64,000 nucleotides of DNA, from NCBI GenBank assembly GCA_019347945.1, contig JAHWKK010000003.1, forward strand, positions 31,059 through 95,058, in the 5' to 3' direction. The stretch comes from Acidobacteriota bacterium (GTDB lineage Bacteria > Acidobacteriota > Thermoanaerobaculia > Gp7-AA8 > JAHWKK01). Below are positions 8,811 through 20,900 of the stretch, one piece after another. Each line of letters opens with the position of its first letter. Position 1 is the stretch's first letter. The notes beneath the pieces are model-generated. The model was given only the letters and a program-made list of their open reading frames with translations, had not been told where the DNA came from and made no database searches. The position numbers and the translations under genes are program-made.

Positions 8811-9876
8811 TTTCAGTCCTATGCGAGATTTGATGCGTCTCCGCGTGATTGCTCCGCTCGTTCTGACACTTACGGTTTCTGCCTGTGCAGCGCCAAACGT
8901 CGACGATCCGAGGAGGGAGCCGAAAACGAGGGACGGATTGCCGCACATCACCGAGGTTGAAAACGATCCCGTTCACACGCTGCTCGCTCCCGACGCGATC
9001 CCCGCCATCGACGAGCCGGAGTTCGTTCGGGCGGCCGATGCGACGTTCATGGATGACGACGAGCCGGTCATCGGTGTCGTCTTGGACGGGGTGGCGAGGG
9101 CGTACTCCACATGGCACCTCGACCGCCACGAGATCGTCAACGATACGATCGCCTCGAAGCCGCTCGCGGTCACCTGGTGACCGCTCGCGCATACGGGCGT
9201 CGTGTACGCCCGACCGGAAGTCGACGACGGTCCGACCACCCTGGGCGTGTCGGGGATGCTGTGGCGTGATTCTCTCGTGATGTACGATCGTGCGACGCGC
9301 TCGCTCTGGAGCCAGGTCAATGGCCGGGCTGTCGCCGGGCCGATGAAAGGACGGCGGCTCGAAGAGTTTCCGTCCGAGCAGATGACGTGGGCCGAGTGGA
9401 AGCGCCGCCATCCGGACACACTGGTCCTCGTCAAGCCCCGCCTTCGCGGTTCGACGTACGATCGATACTTCGATGATCCCCGCATGATCGGGGTCCGCGG
9501 GTCGCGGAACCCCGATCCTCGCCTGCCGGGAAAGGAGCTCGTTCTCGGCCTCGAGCACGATGGCCGCTTCGCCGCCGTGCCGATCTCTGCGCTCCGACAG
9601 CGTCCGATCCTTCTGACCACAGCGCTCGACCGTCCAATCGTCGTCACCCGCACCGCCGCCTTCGACCGGCGTCATGGCGATCGCTCGCTCACATTCGAGC
9701 CTTTTGACGGAGCGCGGATGCGCGATCGGGAAACCGGTTCGATCTGGTCACTGGACAGCGGAGAAGCGATCGACGGACCGCTCCAGGGGCAGCACCTCGC
9801 GCGCATCTCGGCGAAGACTGTCTACTGGGCGATCTGGGCGAAATTTCATCCCGAGACCGCGGTGATCGAACCATGA
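8800..9876 (+). pseudogene. DUF3179-like lipoprotein reading frame interrupted by a single in-frame TGA (9178..9180): either a nonsense pseudogene or a selenocysteine/readthrough site
   Basis: ORFs 8800..9180 and 9202..9876 are in the same frame and together form one ~350 aa secreted protein. Lipobox LTLTVSAC near the N-terminus; candidate starts at 8800, 8821 and 8833. The sequence reads ...KPLAVTW-TGA-PLAHTGVVYARPE... with no frameshift. Start overlaps the FGE gene stop (8808..8810). Confidence 0.5.
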
Positions 9877-9936
9877 AAGTGCTGGAGGGTATACGCTTCG
9901 GGCTGTCGAGTACGCACCGCTGCGCCATCCCTCAGC

Positions 9937-10521
9937 TCACGCAGTCCTGGCGAGCGCCATGACGAGCCCCTTCTCTTTCCAGACATCGATTCGAAGTCCA
10001 TCGATGACGAACTGCTGCGAGGAGCCGATTCTCGCAAGTCGCTCGTCGGCCCGCACCTGAATCAGAGTGCAGATCCCTCCGGACGGCTCGACGAGCTTGA
10101 TTTCTATCGCAGACAACCCGCCGACCGACGAGTATCGCGCGCCGACTACGCGCAGCGACATCTCTGCGGCGCGCTGAGGCATTACCGGATTGAAGTCGAG
10201 ACGCGCCATCTTTGCGCGCAGCTCGTCGTAATCAGAAGCTCGTACTTCGACAGCGAGACGGCGGTTGTGATCCCGGGCCGCGATCATCGCAATCTCCTCC
10301 GCCGCCCCGTGATCGCGAGGGACCAGCAGAAGTGCGGTGGCCGCGATCAGGATTGCAATGACCGCAGCGATCGAAAGCCAGCGAACCGAAAACCGGCTGG
10401 ACCTCCGCTCGCGCTCGCTCCCCTTTCGGAGAATGCGGATCTCGTCGATCATGGACGAGGAGAGACGCTTCGATTCGTAGTGAGTGCGAATCTGCTGTTC
10501 CAGGTTCTTTTCCGGTTTCAT
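9937..10521 (-). CDS. Anti-sigma factor, single-pass membrane protein
   Basis: ATG at 10521 (MKPEKNLEQQ...) overlaps the ECF sigma stop as ATGA. Cytoplasmic N-terminus, TM helix WLSIAAVIAILIAATALLLV, periplasmic C-terminal domain. Partner of the upstream ECF sigma. Confidence 0.5.
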   Translation of the reverse strand: MKPEKNLEQQIRTHYESKRLSSSMIDEIRILRKGSERERRSSRFSVRWLSIAAVIAILIAATALLLVPRDHGAAEEIAMIAARDHNRRLAVEVRASDYDELRAKMARLDFNPVMPQRAAEMSLRVVGARYSSVGGLSAIEIKLVEPSGGICTLIQVRADERLARIGSSQQFVIDGLRIDVWKEKGLVMALARTA

Positions 10522-11037
10522 ATGCTTCCCTCTGCGCCGGTCCGGCAATTCAGAAGGGTCCTCAGTTTCGATTTTGTTCGATGCAGCAGACTCAGCACCG
10601 TCCCCCGCGGCCGGCGCGTCAGATCGGCGATCTCCTGCGCGGTATAGCCCTCGACCACGGCCAGAAAAAGCGTCTCCCGCTCCTCCGCCCTGAGCTCGCC
10701 GAGCGCCTGATCGAGTGCGCCGGAAAGGAGATAGTCCTGCTCCTTCAGCGAGACAGCCGGCAGATCGGCGTCTTCTTCGATTGGAACGAAAAGAATGCGC
10801 CGATTGCGCCGGTACCTGTCGATGAACCGGTTCCGGATCGTCGTCAGGAGATACGCCTTATCCCAGGAGCCGCCCGAGCGGACGACAGCCACGCAGGCAT
10901 CATGGACCAGATCTTCCGCCTCTTCCACCGCGTGGGTGAGCGCCATTGCATAGCGGAATGCAGCGTGCAGCAGATCTTCGAAATCTGCGTCGTCAGACCA
11001 CTCCGCCGAGACATCTGTCGGCACGGTTTCATTCACC
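10518..11037 (-). CDS. RNA polymerase sigma-70 factor, ECF subfamily
   Basis: Sigma-70 region 2 (DLVHDACVAVVRSGGSWDKAYLLTTIRNRFIDRYRR) and region 4 (LFLAVVEGYTAQEIADLTRRPRGTVLSLLHRTKSKLR). The track ORF (to 11222) extends into GC-rich nonsense. Most plausible start is the GTG at ~11037 (VNETVPTDVS); exact start is uncertain. Confidence 0.7.
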
Positions 11038-11288
11038 GGTTCTTGCTCTGCATCGGAAACGCCCGGCCGCGAGCTTTGATTGCAGCGGAAGAGCCCCGCG
11101 CATCGACCCCTCGCCCCGCTCGCGGGTAGAGGGGCCGTACAACTCCGATGCGGGCTACCACACGCAGAGGCTGCAAGCCCCCCGACTCCGTCTCCCGGCG
11201 CGCGTTGATCGCGCAAGCTCATCCGCGAATGCCGCGCGCCACTTCTTGTCTCGCCGACTTCGCGGGGAGAGGGGAGCGGCGGTGGTGC

Positions 11289-12314
11289 TCATCTTCGAAC
11301 CGGACGTCTTCGCGCGGGCGCGTCGTTCCGAAACCAGCCCCGTGCCGTCGGCTCTGACTTCAGGAACCTCAGAAGCAGCGCTCCCACTTTCTGTTCGCCC
11401 GATTGCGCGGGATGCGTTCCGTCGCTCTGAAAATCGCCGGGCTCCCATACCAGCCCGTCGCTGCGCGGGTTCTGGCCGTCTGCCCAGAGATACGGCCCCC
11501 ACGCCATCCATGGAGCGGCCGTGGCCCAGGACAGATCGCCCGCGCGGGGATTCGTCACCTCTCCGTTGCGCATTTGTTCGATCTGCGCTTCGACCGCCCA
11601 CTTGACTGCAAACGCAGACTCGTAGGCGTAGGGTTCCGGATTCAACATCGTCGTTGCATAGCCGGCGTAGATCCGGCTCGACAGATAGATGATCTTCAGG
11701 TTCGGATAGCGGAGGCGAAGCGCGCGTGCGATGTCGCCGATCTGGGTCACGAGCCGGTATGCGTCGGCCTGGCCATCGGGAAGCGATCGCGTCGGACGCG
11801 GGTTGGCCACCTTCACCCACGCCACCTGAACCTGCGCTTCCGAGAGTCCACGCGGCGCCAGCACCGTGTCTCGTATGCGGTCGTAGTTCCTGTCGCCCGC
11901 CGAGTCCCACGTCTCCGCGGCCTGCCCGCCCTTCGCACCATTTGCGAAGACCAGAGAGGTCCGATTCACCTCCGGGTCGGCGAGCGCCTGGCCTACGAAC
12001 GACCACACCTCGCAGCGGGTTGGATTTCCCTGGGAACAGAACTCCTGAGTCGTATTCGACATCCCGACCGATAGAAGAACGATCTTCCCTGATGATGATG
12101 GAACGCCGACAGTATCCCGCGGCACGATCTCCCGCGCGAACGACATGCCGGCCGCCGCGTGATCGAGTGGCATCTCGTTCCGGCCACCGGGATACAGACC
12201 ACCGGGAAATCCGAGATAGTTCTGCGATCCCATGTCGGTGAGGGGCGTCAGAGCCGATGCGACTGTGGCGAATCCCGCGAACATCAGAGTGACGCGTGTC
12301 AGCTTCATGCTCAT
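11289..12314 (-). CDS. Secreted hypothetical protein, possible SGNH/GDSL-like hydrolase
   Basis: Signal peptide MKLTRVTLMFAGFATVASALTP. A GKIVLLSVGMSNTTQ block resembles SGNH block I. The larger overlapping ORF 11155..12510 in another frame is rejected. Confidence 0.5.
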   Translation of the reverse strand: MSMKLTRVTLMFAGFATVASALTPLTDMGSQNYLGFPGGLYPGGRNEMPLDHAAAGMSFAREIVPRDTVGVPSSSGKIVLLSVGMSNTTQEFCSQGNPTRCEVWSFVGQALADPEVNRTSLVFANGAKGGQAAETWDSAGDRNYDRIRDTVLAPRGLSEAQVQVAWVKVANPRPTRSLPDGQADAYRLVTQIGDIARALRLRYPNLKIIYLSSRIYAGYATTMLNPEPYAYESAFAVKWAVEAQIEQMRNGEVTNPRAGDLSWATAAPWMAWGPYLWADGQNPRSDGLVWEPGDFQSDGTHPAQSGEQKVGALLLRFLKSEPTARGWFRNDAPARRRPVRR

Positions 12315-12560
12315 TGGACGGATTGAGGGGCCGTTCGTTTACTCGTACTGGCTGCAAATATTGTCCAGCTGTAGACTTGAATCCTTCGGAAGATTTTTTT
12401 CTCCGGGCCTGACGTACGTCGTGCAACTCTCCGCGACAAAGAGGTTTAAAAAAGCAGGACGGGCTTTCGTGCAGTAAGAGTAGGGGCCTGATGGGAAGTG
12501 GCGCAATCACTCCTGTGACTTACTCGTCTCTCTACCGAGATTAATAGTAGGGGCCAGGTC

Positions 12561-12830
12561 TTTTGGGGGTTGTTGCTCAAACCCGGGATAGAGACGATGG
12601 CGGGGAAAAGTCCGCCCCTTGTCATCCTGAGCCGCCGAAGGACGGCGAAGGATCTGGGGGTGGCTCGCGAATCATCGTCATGGCGGGCTGGAGGATCATT
12701 CATGAGCCCCCGCCCAGATCCTTCGCCGTCCTTCGGCGGCTCAGGATGACGAGTTGTGAACGCGTCGAACCTGGGGTAAATCTGGACGGGTGATCCTCTC
12801 GGCTTGTCGGTTTGAGCAACAACCCGTTTT
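12561..12830. repeat. Nested-palindromic MITE-like repeat element (~270 bp) in a divergent intergenic region
   Basis: Terminal inverted repeats GGGTTGTTGCTCAAACC at 12565..12583 and 12810..12826. Inner perfect 38 bp inverted arms gtcatcctgagccgccgaaggacggcgaaggatctggg at 12621..12658 and 12713..12750, separated by a 54 bp spacer. Member of the widespread GTCATCCTGAGC...GAAGGATC repeat class. A partial second copy lies at 63685..63776. Confidence 0.7.
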
Positions 12831-12947
12831 AATTTCTACTCTGCGGGAAGGAGAAACAGAGATTCCAGACCTAGTTCCTGCTCTAGACTCTACTTGGGGC
12901 TCGAGACGATCGATCAGAAGGAGCAATCGGAAGGAGCGGCAGTTTCG

Positions 12948-13481
12948 ATGAGAACCCGATCACGACGCATCCGTGAGCGCAGCCTGGCCACCGACCTGCT
13001 GGTCGGTACGGCTGCAGGAGTGGCCGCTACATGGGTGATGGACTGGGTAACGACCATCATGTACGAGCGGGAGCCGCAGCAGGCAAAGGATCGCGAGAAC
13101 GCAGCCCGCGGCGACCAGATGGCGTACGAGACAGCGGCCGAGAAAGCCGCTGAGCTGCTCGGTCACGAGCTCTCCGAGGAGCAACGAAAGACGCTCGGCG
13201 CCGGCATCCACTGGACGCTCGGCGTTTCTGCCGGTACGGTTTACGGCCTCGCTCGGAACCAGGTTCCTGCCGCCGGGCTCGGATCAGGTCTCGCCTACGG
13301 TGCGCTCTTCTGGCTGGCGATGGATGAGGCGGCGCTCACCCTTCTCGGCCTCACTCCGCCGCCGCCCGAGTTTCCATGGCAGACGCACATGCGCGGACTC
13401 GTTGGCCATCTCGTCTTCGGCGTGGTCGTCGAGGCGGCGTTCGCCATCGCGGACACCGCGCAGGACCGGCTCTCCGACTGA
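12948..13481 (+). CDS. DUF1440 family membrane protein
   Basis: ATG at 12948 (MRTRSRRIRE) downstream of GGAAGGAG; the track gives a TTG start at 12894. Four predicted TM helices. YGALFWLAMDE and HLVFGVVVEAAF blocks parallel the NPC-repeat protein at 7150 but without its Cys loop. Confidence 0.6.
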   Translation: MRTRSRRIRERSLATDLLVGTAAGVAATWVMDWVTTIMYEREPQQAKDRENAARGDQMAYETAAEKAAELLGHELSEEQRKTLGAGIHWTLGVSAGTVYGLARNQVPAAGLGSGLAYGALFWLAMDEAALTLLGLTPPPPEFPWQTHMRGLVGHLVFGVVVEAAFAIADTAQDRLSD

Positions 13482-13590
13482 ATGAAGCGGAGGAGGGGAG
13501 CCCGTGCGCTTCCTGCAGTCGACACCGCTTCCTCGTGGCTACGAAGAGTGACGGCTCCCGGGCTCCGGCAGATCCGCCGGGCGGTGGAGA

Positions 13591-13889
13591 GGCACAACTT
13601 CCGCACGATCCGGAGAGATGGGCGAGTTCGGAAAAGTTCTTCTGCTCGCGCTGATTCCAGCTGCCGGAGTGATCGGCGGGGGGCTCGTCGGGGAACTGAT
13701 GGCGATCAGCCGCAAGGCGAGAAGCATGGCGCTTCATGCCGCGGCCGGTATCGTCCTTTCAGTAGTTGCGGTGGAACTGTTGCCGGAGGCCATCACGGTC
13801 GATCCGCCCTGGGCGGCAATCGTTGCGTTCGCGTGCGGCGGGCTCTTCTTCGTCGGCATCGATCGCGCGGTCGATCTCATCGCAAGTCG
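13591..13889 (+). repeat. Truncated duplicate of the 5' end of the ZIP transporter gene (direct repeat copy A; gene fragment)
   Basis: 13625..13889 matches 16930..17194 with 1 mismatch in ~265 bp (first ~95 codons of the ZIP gene, MGEFGKVLLLALIPAAG...). Similarity decays upstream. Copy A keeps an ATG and reads into unrelated sequence (ORF 13618..13962). Confidence 0.8.
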
Positions 13890-14023
13890 GGATGGGGAAA
13901 GTTGGGGTCAGAGCCAGAAACGCAACTTAACGAGGTGGCGAGTGAAAAGTCCGCCGAGGTAAAATCCCTCTGCGGCCTGCCACCGGTCAGTCGCCGGCAC
14001 AGCTCCGGGGTGCTTCCGGACGA

Positions 14024-16627
<2,604 letters not shown>

Positions 16628-16922
16628 GCGTAGGAGACAAGCTTACCCCGGATCATCTCGGTCGGTGGAGTCCGGAGCCGGCGCGGCACCCCGACATCCG
16701 GTCCGGAGGCCCTACCCTCACCTGCGGTCCGAAGGAAAAGGAGGAAAAGTGGAGCCAACTCCAAGACCTTACCGCAAGTGCCTGCGTCGCCGAGCTCGTC
16801 GCGCGCCTCGTATCCACACCACTTTCCACCTCCTCGCGACACATCTCATGAATCATCCTGGCTGAGCTTCCATGCTCTGGGTCCTGGCGGTCGCGAGGCA
16901 CAATTCCCGCACGATCCGGGCC

Positions 16923-17648
16923 ATGGGGGAGTTCGGAAAAGTTCTTCTGCTCGCGCTGATTCCAGCTGCCGGAGTGATCGGCGGGGGGCTCGTCGGGGAA
17001 CTGATGGCGATCAGCCGCAAGGCGAGAAGCATGGCGCTTCATGCCGCGGCCGGTATCGTCCTTTCAGTAGTTGCGGTGGAACTGTTGCCGGAGGCAATCA
17101 CGGTCGATCCGCCCTGGGCGGCAATCGTTGCGTTCGCGTGCGGCGGGCTCTTCTTCGTCGGCATCGATCGCGCGGTCGATCTCATCGCAAGTCGCGAGGA
17201 GAATGGCGGGCGCGGGCCGTGGATGATCTACGTGGCGGTCGCCATGGATCTTTTCACCGACGGCATCATGGTGGGGTCCGGCAGCACCGTTCGCTTCAGT
17301 CTTGCTCTGATGCTGGCGACCGCGCAGATTCCGGGTAACCTTCCCGAAGGTTTTGCGACCGCCGCAACGATGAAGCGTTCCGGAGTCGCCCGGAAGTCTC
17401 GTCTTGCAGCGCTGCTCGCTCTGACGCTCGTTGCAGTCGCAGGAGCCTGCAGCGGCTACTTTCTCCTGAGGGACCAGCCACTGGTCTGGCGAATGGCCAC
17501 GCTGGCCTTTACAGCAGGAATCCTGACGACTGCAGTCGTCGAAGAGATCATTCCCGAATCCCATGAGAAAGGCGAGGCGCGCGCTGCAGTGCTCTTTTTC
17601 ATCGGAGGCTTCGTTCTCTTCATGGCCATCGCGTCCTACGTCGGGTGA
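16923..17648 (+). CDS. ZIP family metal transporter (ZupT-like)
   Basis: Eight predicted TM helices. ZIP signature region with His/Glu pairs (HNFTDGIMVG-like MDLFTDGIMVG; EEIIPESHEKGE). N-terminus MGEFGKVLLLALIPAAGV. Alternative upstream ATG at 16872. Confidence 0.8.
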   Translation: MGEFGKVLLLALIPAAGVIGGGLVGELMAISRKARSMALHAAAGIVLSVVAVELLPEAITVDPPWAAIVAFACGGLFFVGIDRAVDLIASREENGGRGPWMIYVAVAMDLFTDGIMVGSGSTVRFSLALMLATAQIPGNLPEGFATAATMKRSGVARKSRLAALLALTLVAVAGACSGYFLLRDQPLVWRMATLAFTAGILTTAVVEEIIPESHEKGEARAAVLFFIGGFVLFMAIASYVG

Positions 17649-17991
17649 CAGCCCTTATTGCAGTTCCGCCCATTTCCCGGAGCTGGAGATCGACCTGATC
17701 CAAAAAGCGGGGATCCAGTTCGCGGCTCATGAGATTCGCCCTGGAACAGAGGAGGAGCGTTTTTCAGATGTGGCAGGTGACGGAACCGCGGATCAGCTCC
17801 CGAACCGAGATTCCAAAATTGCCCGGATAAATGCGCGGATATTGAGTGATATCCTCTTCCAGGATGGTGCAACGCACCCCGATGCGCATCTGGTGGTTGA
17901 AAATCGACCAGCGCTAGAGGTCACTGAATGACGCAGACGTCGTGACCCACGCTCACCACCCTCAGCGGCTGGGTGCAGACCACCGGCTCAT

Positions 17992-20900
17992 ATGATGGGA
18001 ACCAGACGGAGCAGCAACCGCTTTCCTGGCAGAACCGTTTCTCGATCCGCTCACCTGGTGTTGCCCATTCTCTTTCTGCTGTTGGCCGGCCTTTCTCTGT
18101 TTGGGTTGAGCCCTTCGAAAGCGCTTACTCAGTACAGCCACCAGTCATGGACGGTGCGGCAAGGACTTCCGCAAAACAGCGTTCGCGCCTTGCTGCAGAC
18201 GCGTGACGGCTACATCTGGCTCGCCACCGGCGCCGGTCTGGTCCGATTCGATGGCGTCCGCTTCACCGTCTTCGACAAGACCAACACGCCCGCAATTCGC
18301 GACGATGACGTTCGAGCGCTGGCAGAAGACCAGGAGGGAAATGTCTGGATCGGTACCTACAGCGGCGGGCTGACCCGCATGAACAGTGCCGGTTTCACAT
18401 TCTACGGCGAGAAGGAGAGCGGGCTTCCATCGGAGATGATCCGGGGGCTCTACGTGGACCGCTCGGGCAGCCTCTGGATCTCGACCTTCGGCGGTGGGCT
18501 GAGCCGTTTTCGTGATGGAAAGTTCACGACGCTGACCACCGCCGACGGCCTCGCCGATGACAAGGTCAAGACCGTCATTGAGGATCGAGCCGGGGCGTTG
18601 TGGGTTGGTACATACAGCGGTGGAGTGAGCCGGATCGCCGGGGGCGAGATCACCAATTTCACCACGGATGACGGATTGCCGGCGATGTTCGTGCTCGACA
18701 TTCTCGAAGACAGCAGTGGCGCCATCTGGTTCGCGACCTACGGGGGCGGCATGGCGCGACTCCAGGGCGGCCGGTTCACCGTCCTCTCGGTCGATGAAGG
18801 CCTTGGGGACAGCCGGGTGGTCGCCCTCGAAGAGGATCGGGACGGGAATCTCTGGATCGGACTCTACGGCGGAGGCGTTCAGAGGCTCACGGATGGAGAG
18901 TTCACCGGATTCACTCCAGCCGACGGGCTTACTGGCGATCTCGTTTTCGACCTGATGGAGGACAGGGAAGGCAGTCTCTGGATCGGATCATTCAACGGAG
19001 GGCTCGACCAGCTCCGCGACGAGCCTTTCACCACGTTCACCTCCAGAGAGGGATTGACGGGCGACATCGTTTTCAGCGTCTCAGCGGCACGCAAGGGCGG
19101 TGTCTGGGTCGGTATCGAGGGTGGCGGGGTCAATCGCGTGAGGGAGGGAGAGGTCGAGGCGATCTACACCAGCCGGCAGGGTCTTTCGAGCGACAACGTG
19201 GTTGCAGTGCTCGAGGATCGTCGCGGCGACGTCTGGATCGGCACATTTGACGCGAGGCTTCACCGCCTGAGGGGCGGTCAGCTATCGAGCGACACGGCAG
19301 TGGATGAGATCGGTGACGATCACGTCTGGTGCATCTACGAGGATGCCGACGGCGTGATCTGGCTGGGGACCCGCACGGGAGGTGTGATCCGGTACGATGG
19401 CCGCGACTTTTCCAGACTCACCAGCGCCGACGGCCTCGTCGGCAACGGCGTGCGCGCGGTTCACAAAGACCGCTCGGGTGTGATCTGGATCGGGACCGAC
19501 AGCGGGGTCAGTCGTCTGGTCGGCGAGCGGATCGAGAACATCACCAGAGCCGACGGCTTGCCGACCGACGCGATCGTCGCGTTTCACGAGGACGCCGAGG
19601 GTGTGATCTGGATCGGCACGCGCGGCGGCGGGCTGAGCCGCTGGGAAGACGGCGAGATGTTTAATTTCAGCCGCAGCAACGGGCTTCCCGACGACAGCAT
19701 CTTCCGGATTCTCGAAGACGATCAGGGCAACCTGTGGATGAGCAGCCTCCGGGGGGTATTCCGTGTCAGCAGGACAGAACTGAACGAGTTCGCCGCGGGA
19801 GACCGGGACGATTACGACTCGAACCTCTACGACACCGCCGACGGAATGGAGGATAGTCAGACCGCTGGTGGTTCTCAACCGGCGGGAGCGAAAGCGGCCG
19901 ACGGGAGCCTCTGGTTCCCTACTGTAAAGGGAGTCGTCCGCGTCGATCCTGACAGCATGCCCGAGAACGATGTTCCCCCTCCCGTCTACATCGAGCAGCT
20001 GATCGTCGACCGCAAGGCGTATCCGCTGGGCGAGACAACGCTGCCGGCAGGGAGCAGGAATATAGAGATTCACTACACCGCACCCAGCTTTCAGGCTCCG
20101 GAAAAAATGAGATTCCTCTATCGCCTCGAGGGCTTCGATCCGGAGTGGGTCGATGCGGGGCCACGCCGTATCGCCTACTACACGAACCTCTCTCCAGGCT
20201 CTTACCGGTTCTCGGTTCAGGCGTTCAACAGCGACAACGTTGCCAGCGAGGGGATAGCCTCGACGAGCTTCGAGATCGGACGGTTGTTTTACCAAACCCT
20301 TTGGTTCTATCTGTCGATCGCGGCCGTACTCGCGACCTTCACATTTCTGATCGTCCGCGGGCGCCTCAGTGTGATTCGTGCCGAAGCAGACGCTCGGGCT
20401 GCCAACCTGGAGCGTTCCCTGATCGAATCGCAGAAGATGGAAGCACTCGGACAGATGGCTTCCGGAGTCGCTCACGATTTCAATAACACGATGATGACTG
20501 CTCTCCCGTGGGCCGACATCCTCGCGAGGCAGTATCCCGATATTCCACTCGTTCAGAAAGCGGCTCGGAACATTCACGATTCAGTGATTCGCGCACGTGG
20601 GGTGACACGCCAGCTTCTCGATTTCGCACAGCCGAAAAAACCAGAAATGAGGCCCGTCGATCTCGCCTCACTGCTGGAGAATCACCTCCAGCTTATTCGT
20701 CCCTCGCTCTCGCCGGAGATAAAGATCGATCTCGATTCCAGGGGGACGGATCTGATCGTTCTGGCCGATCCGGACCAGATTCAACAGGCAATCCTGAATC
20801 TGTCGCTCAACGCCCGCGACGCGATGCCGCGAGGCGGCACGCTGCAGTTCAAAGTGAGGCCCATCACGCGACGTGAGATCGAGGAATGGAACCTCGATCT

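Noticed and set aside
11155-12510. 451 aa minus-strand ORF overlapping the SGNH-like gene
   Set aside because: It is in a different frame from the 341 aa ORF that has a clean signal peptide. Its translation is R/G/S-rich nonsense, and the 5' part runs through the intergenic repeat region.
13618-13962. 114 aa ORF called as an independent ZIP-like gene
   Set aside because: It is the truncated duplicate (first ~95 codons) of the ZIP gene at 16923 and runs into unrelated sequence. Kept as a repeat/gene fragment rather than a functional CDS.
19282-20577. 431 aa minus-strand ORF inside the hybrid kinase gene
   Set aside because: Antisense to a confidently identified HK with intact motifs. No RBS or domain signal.
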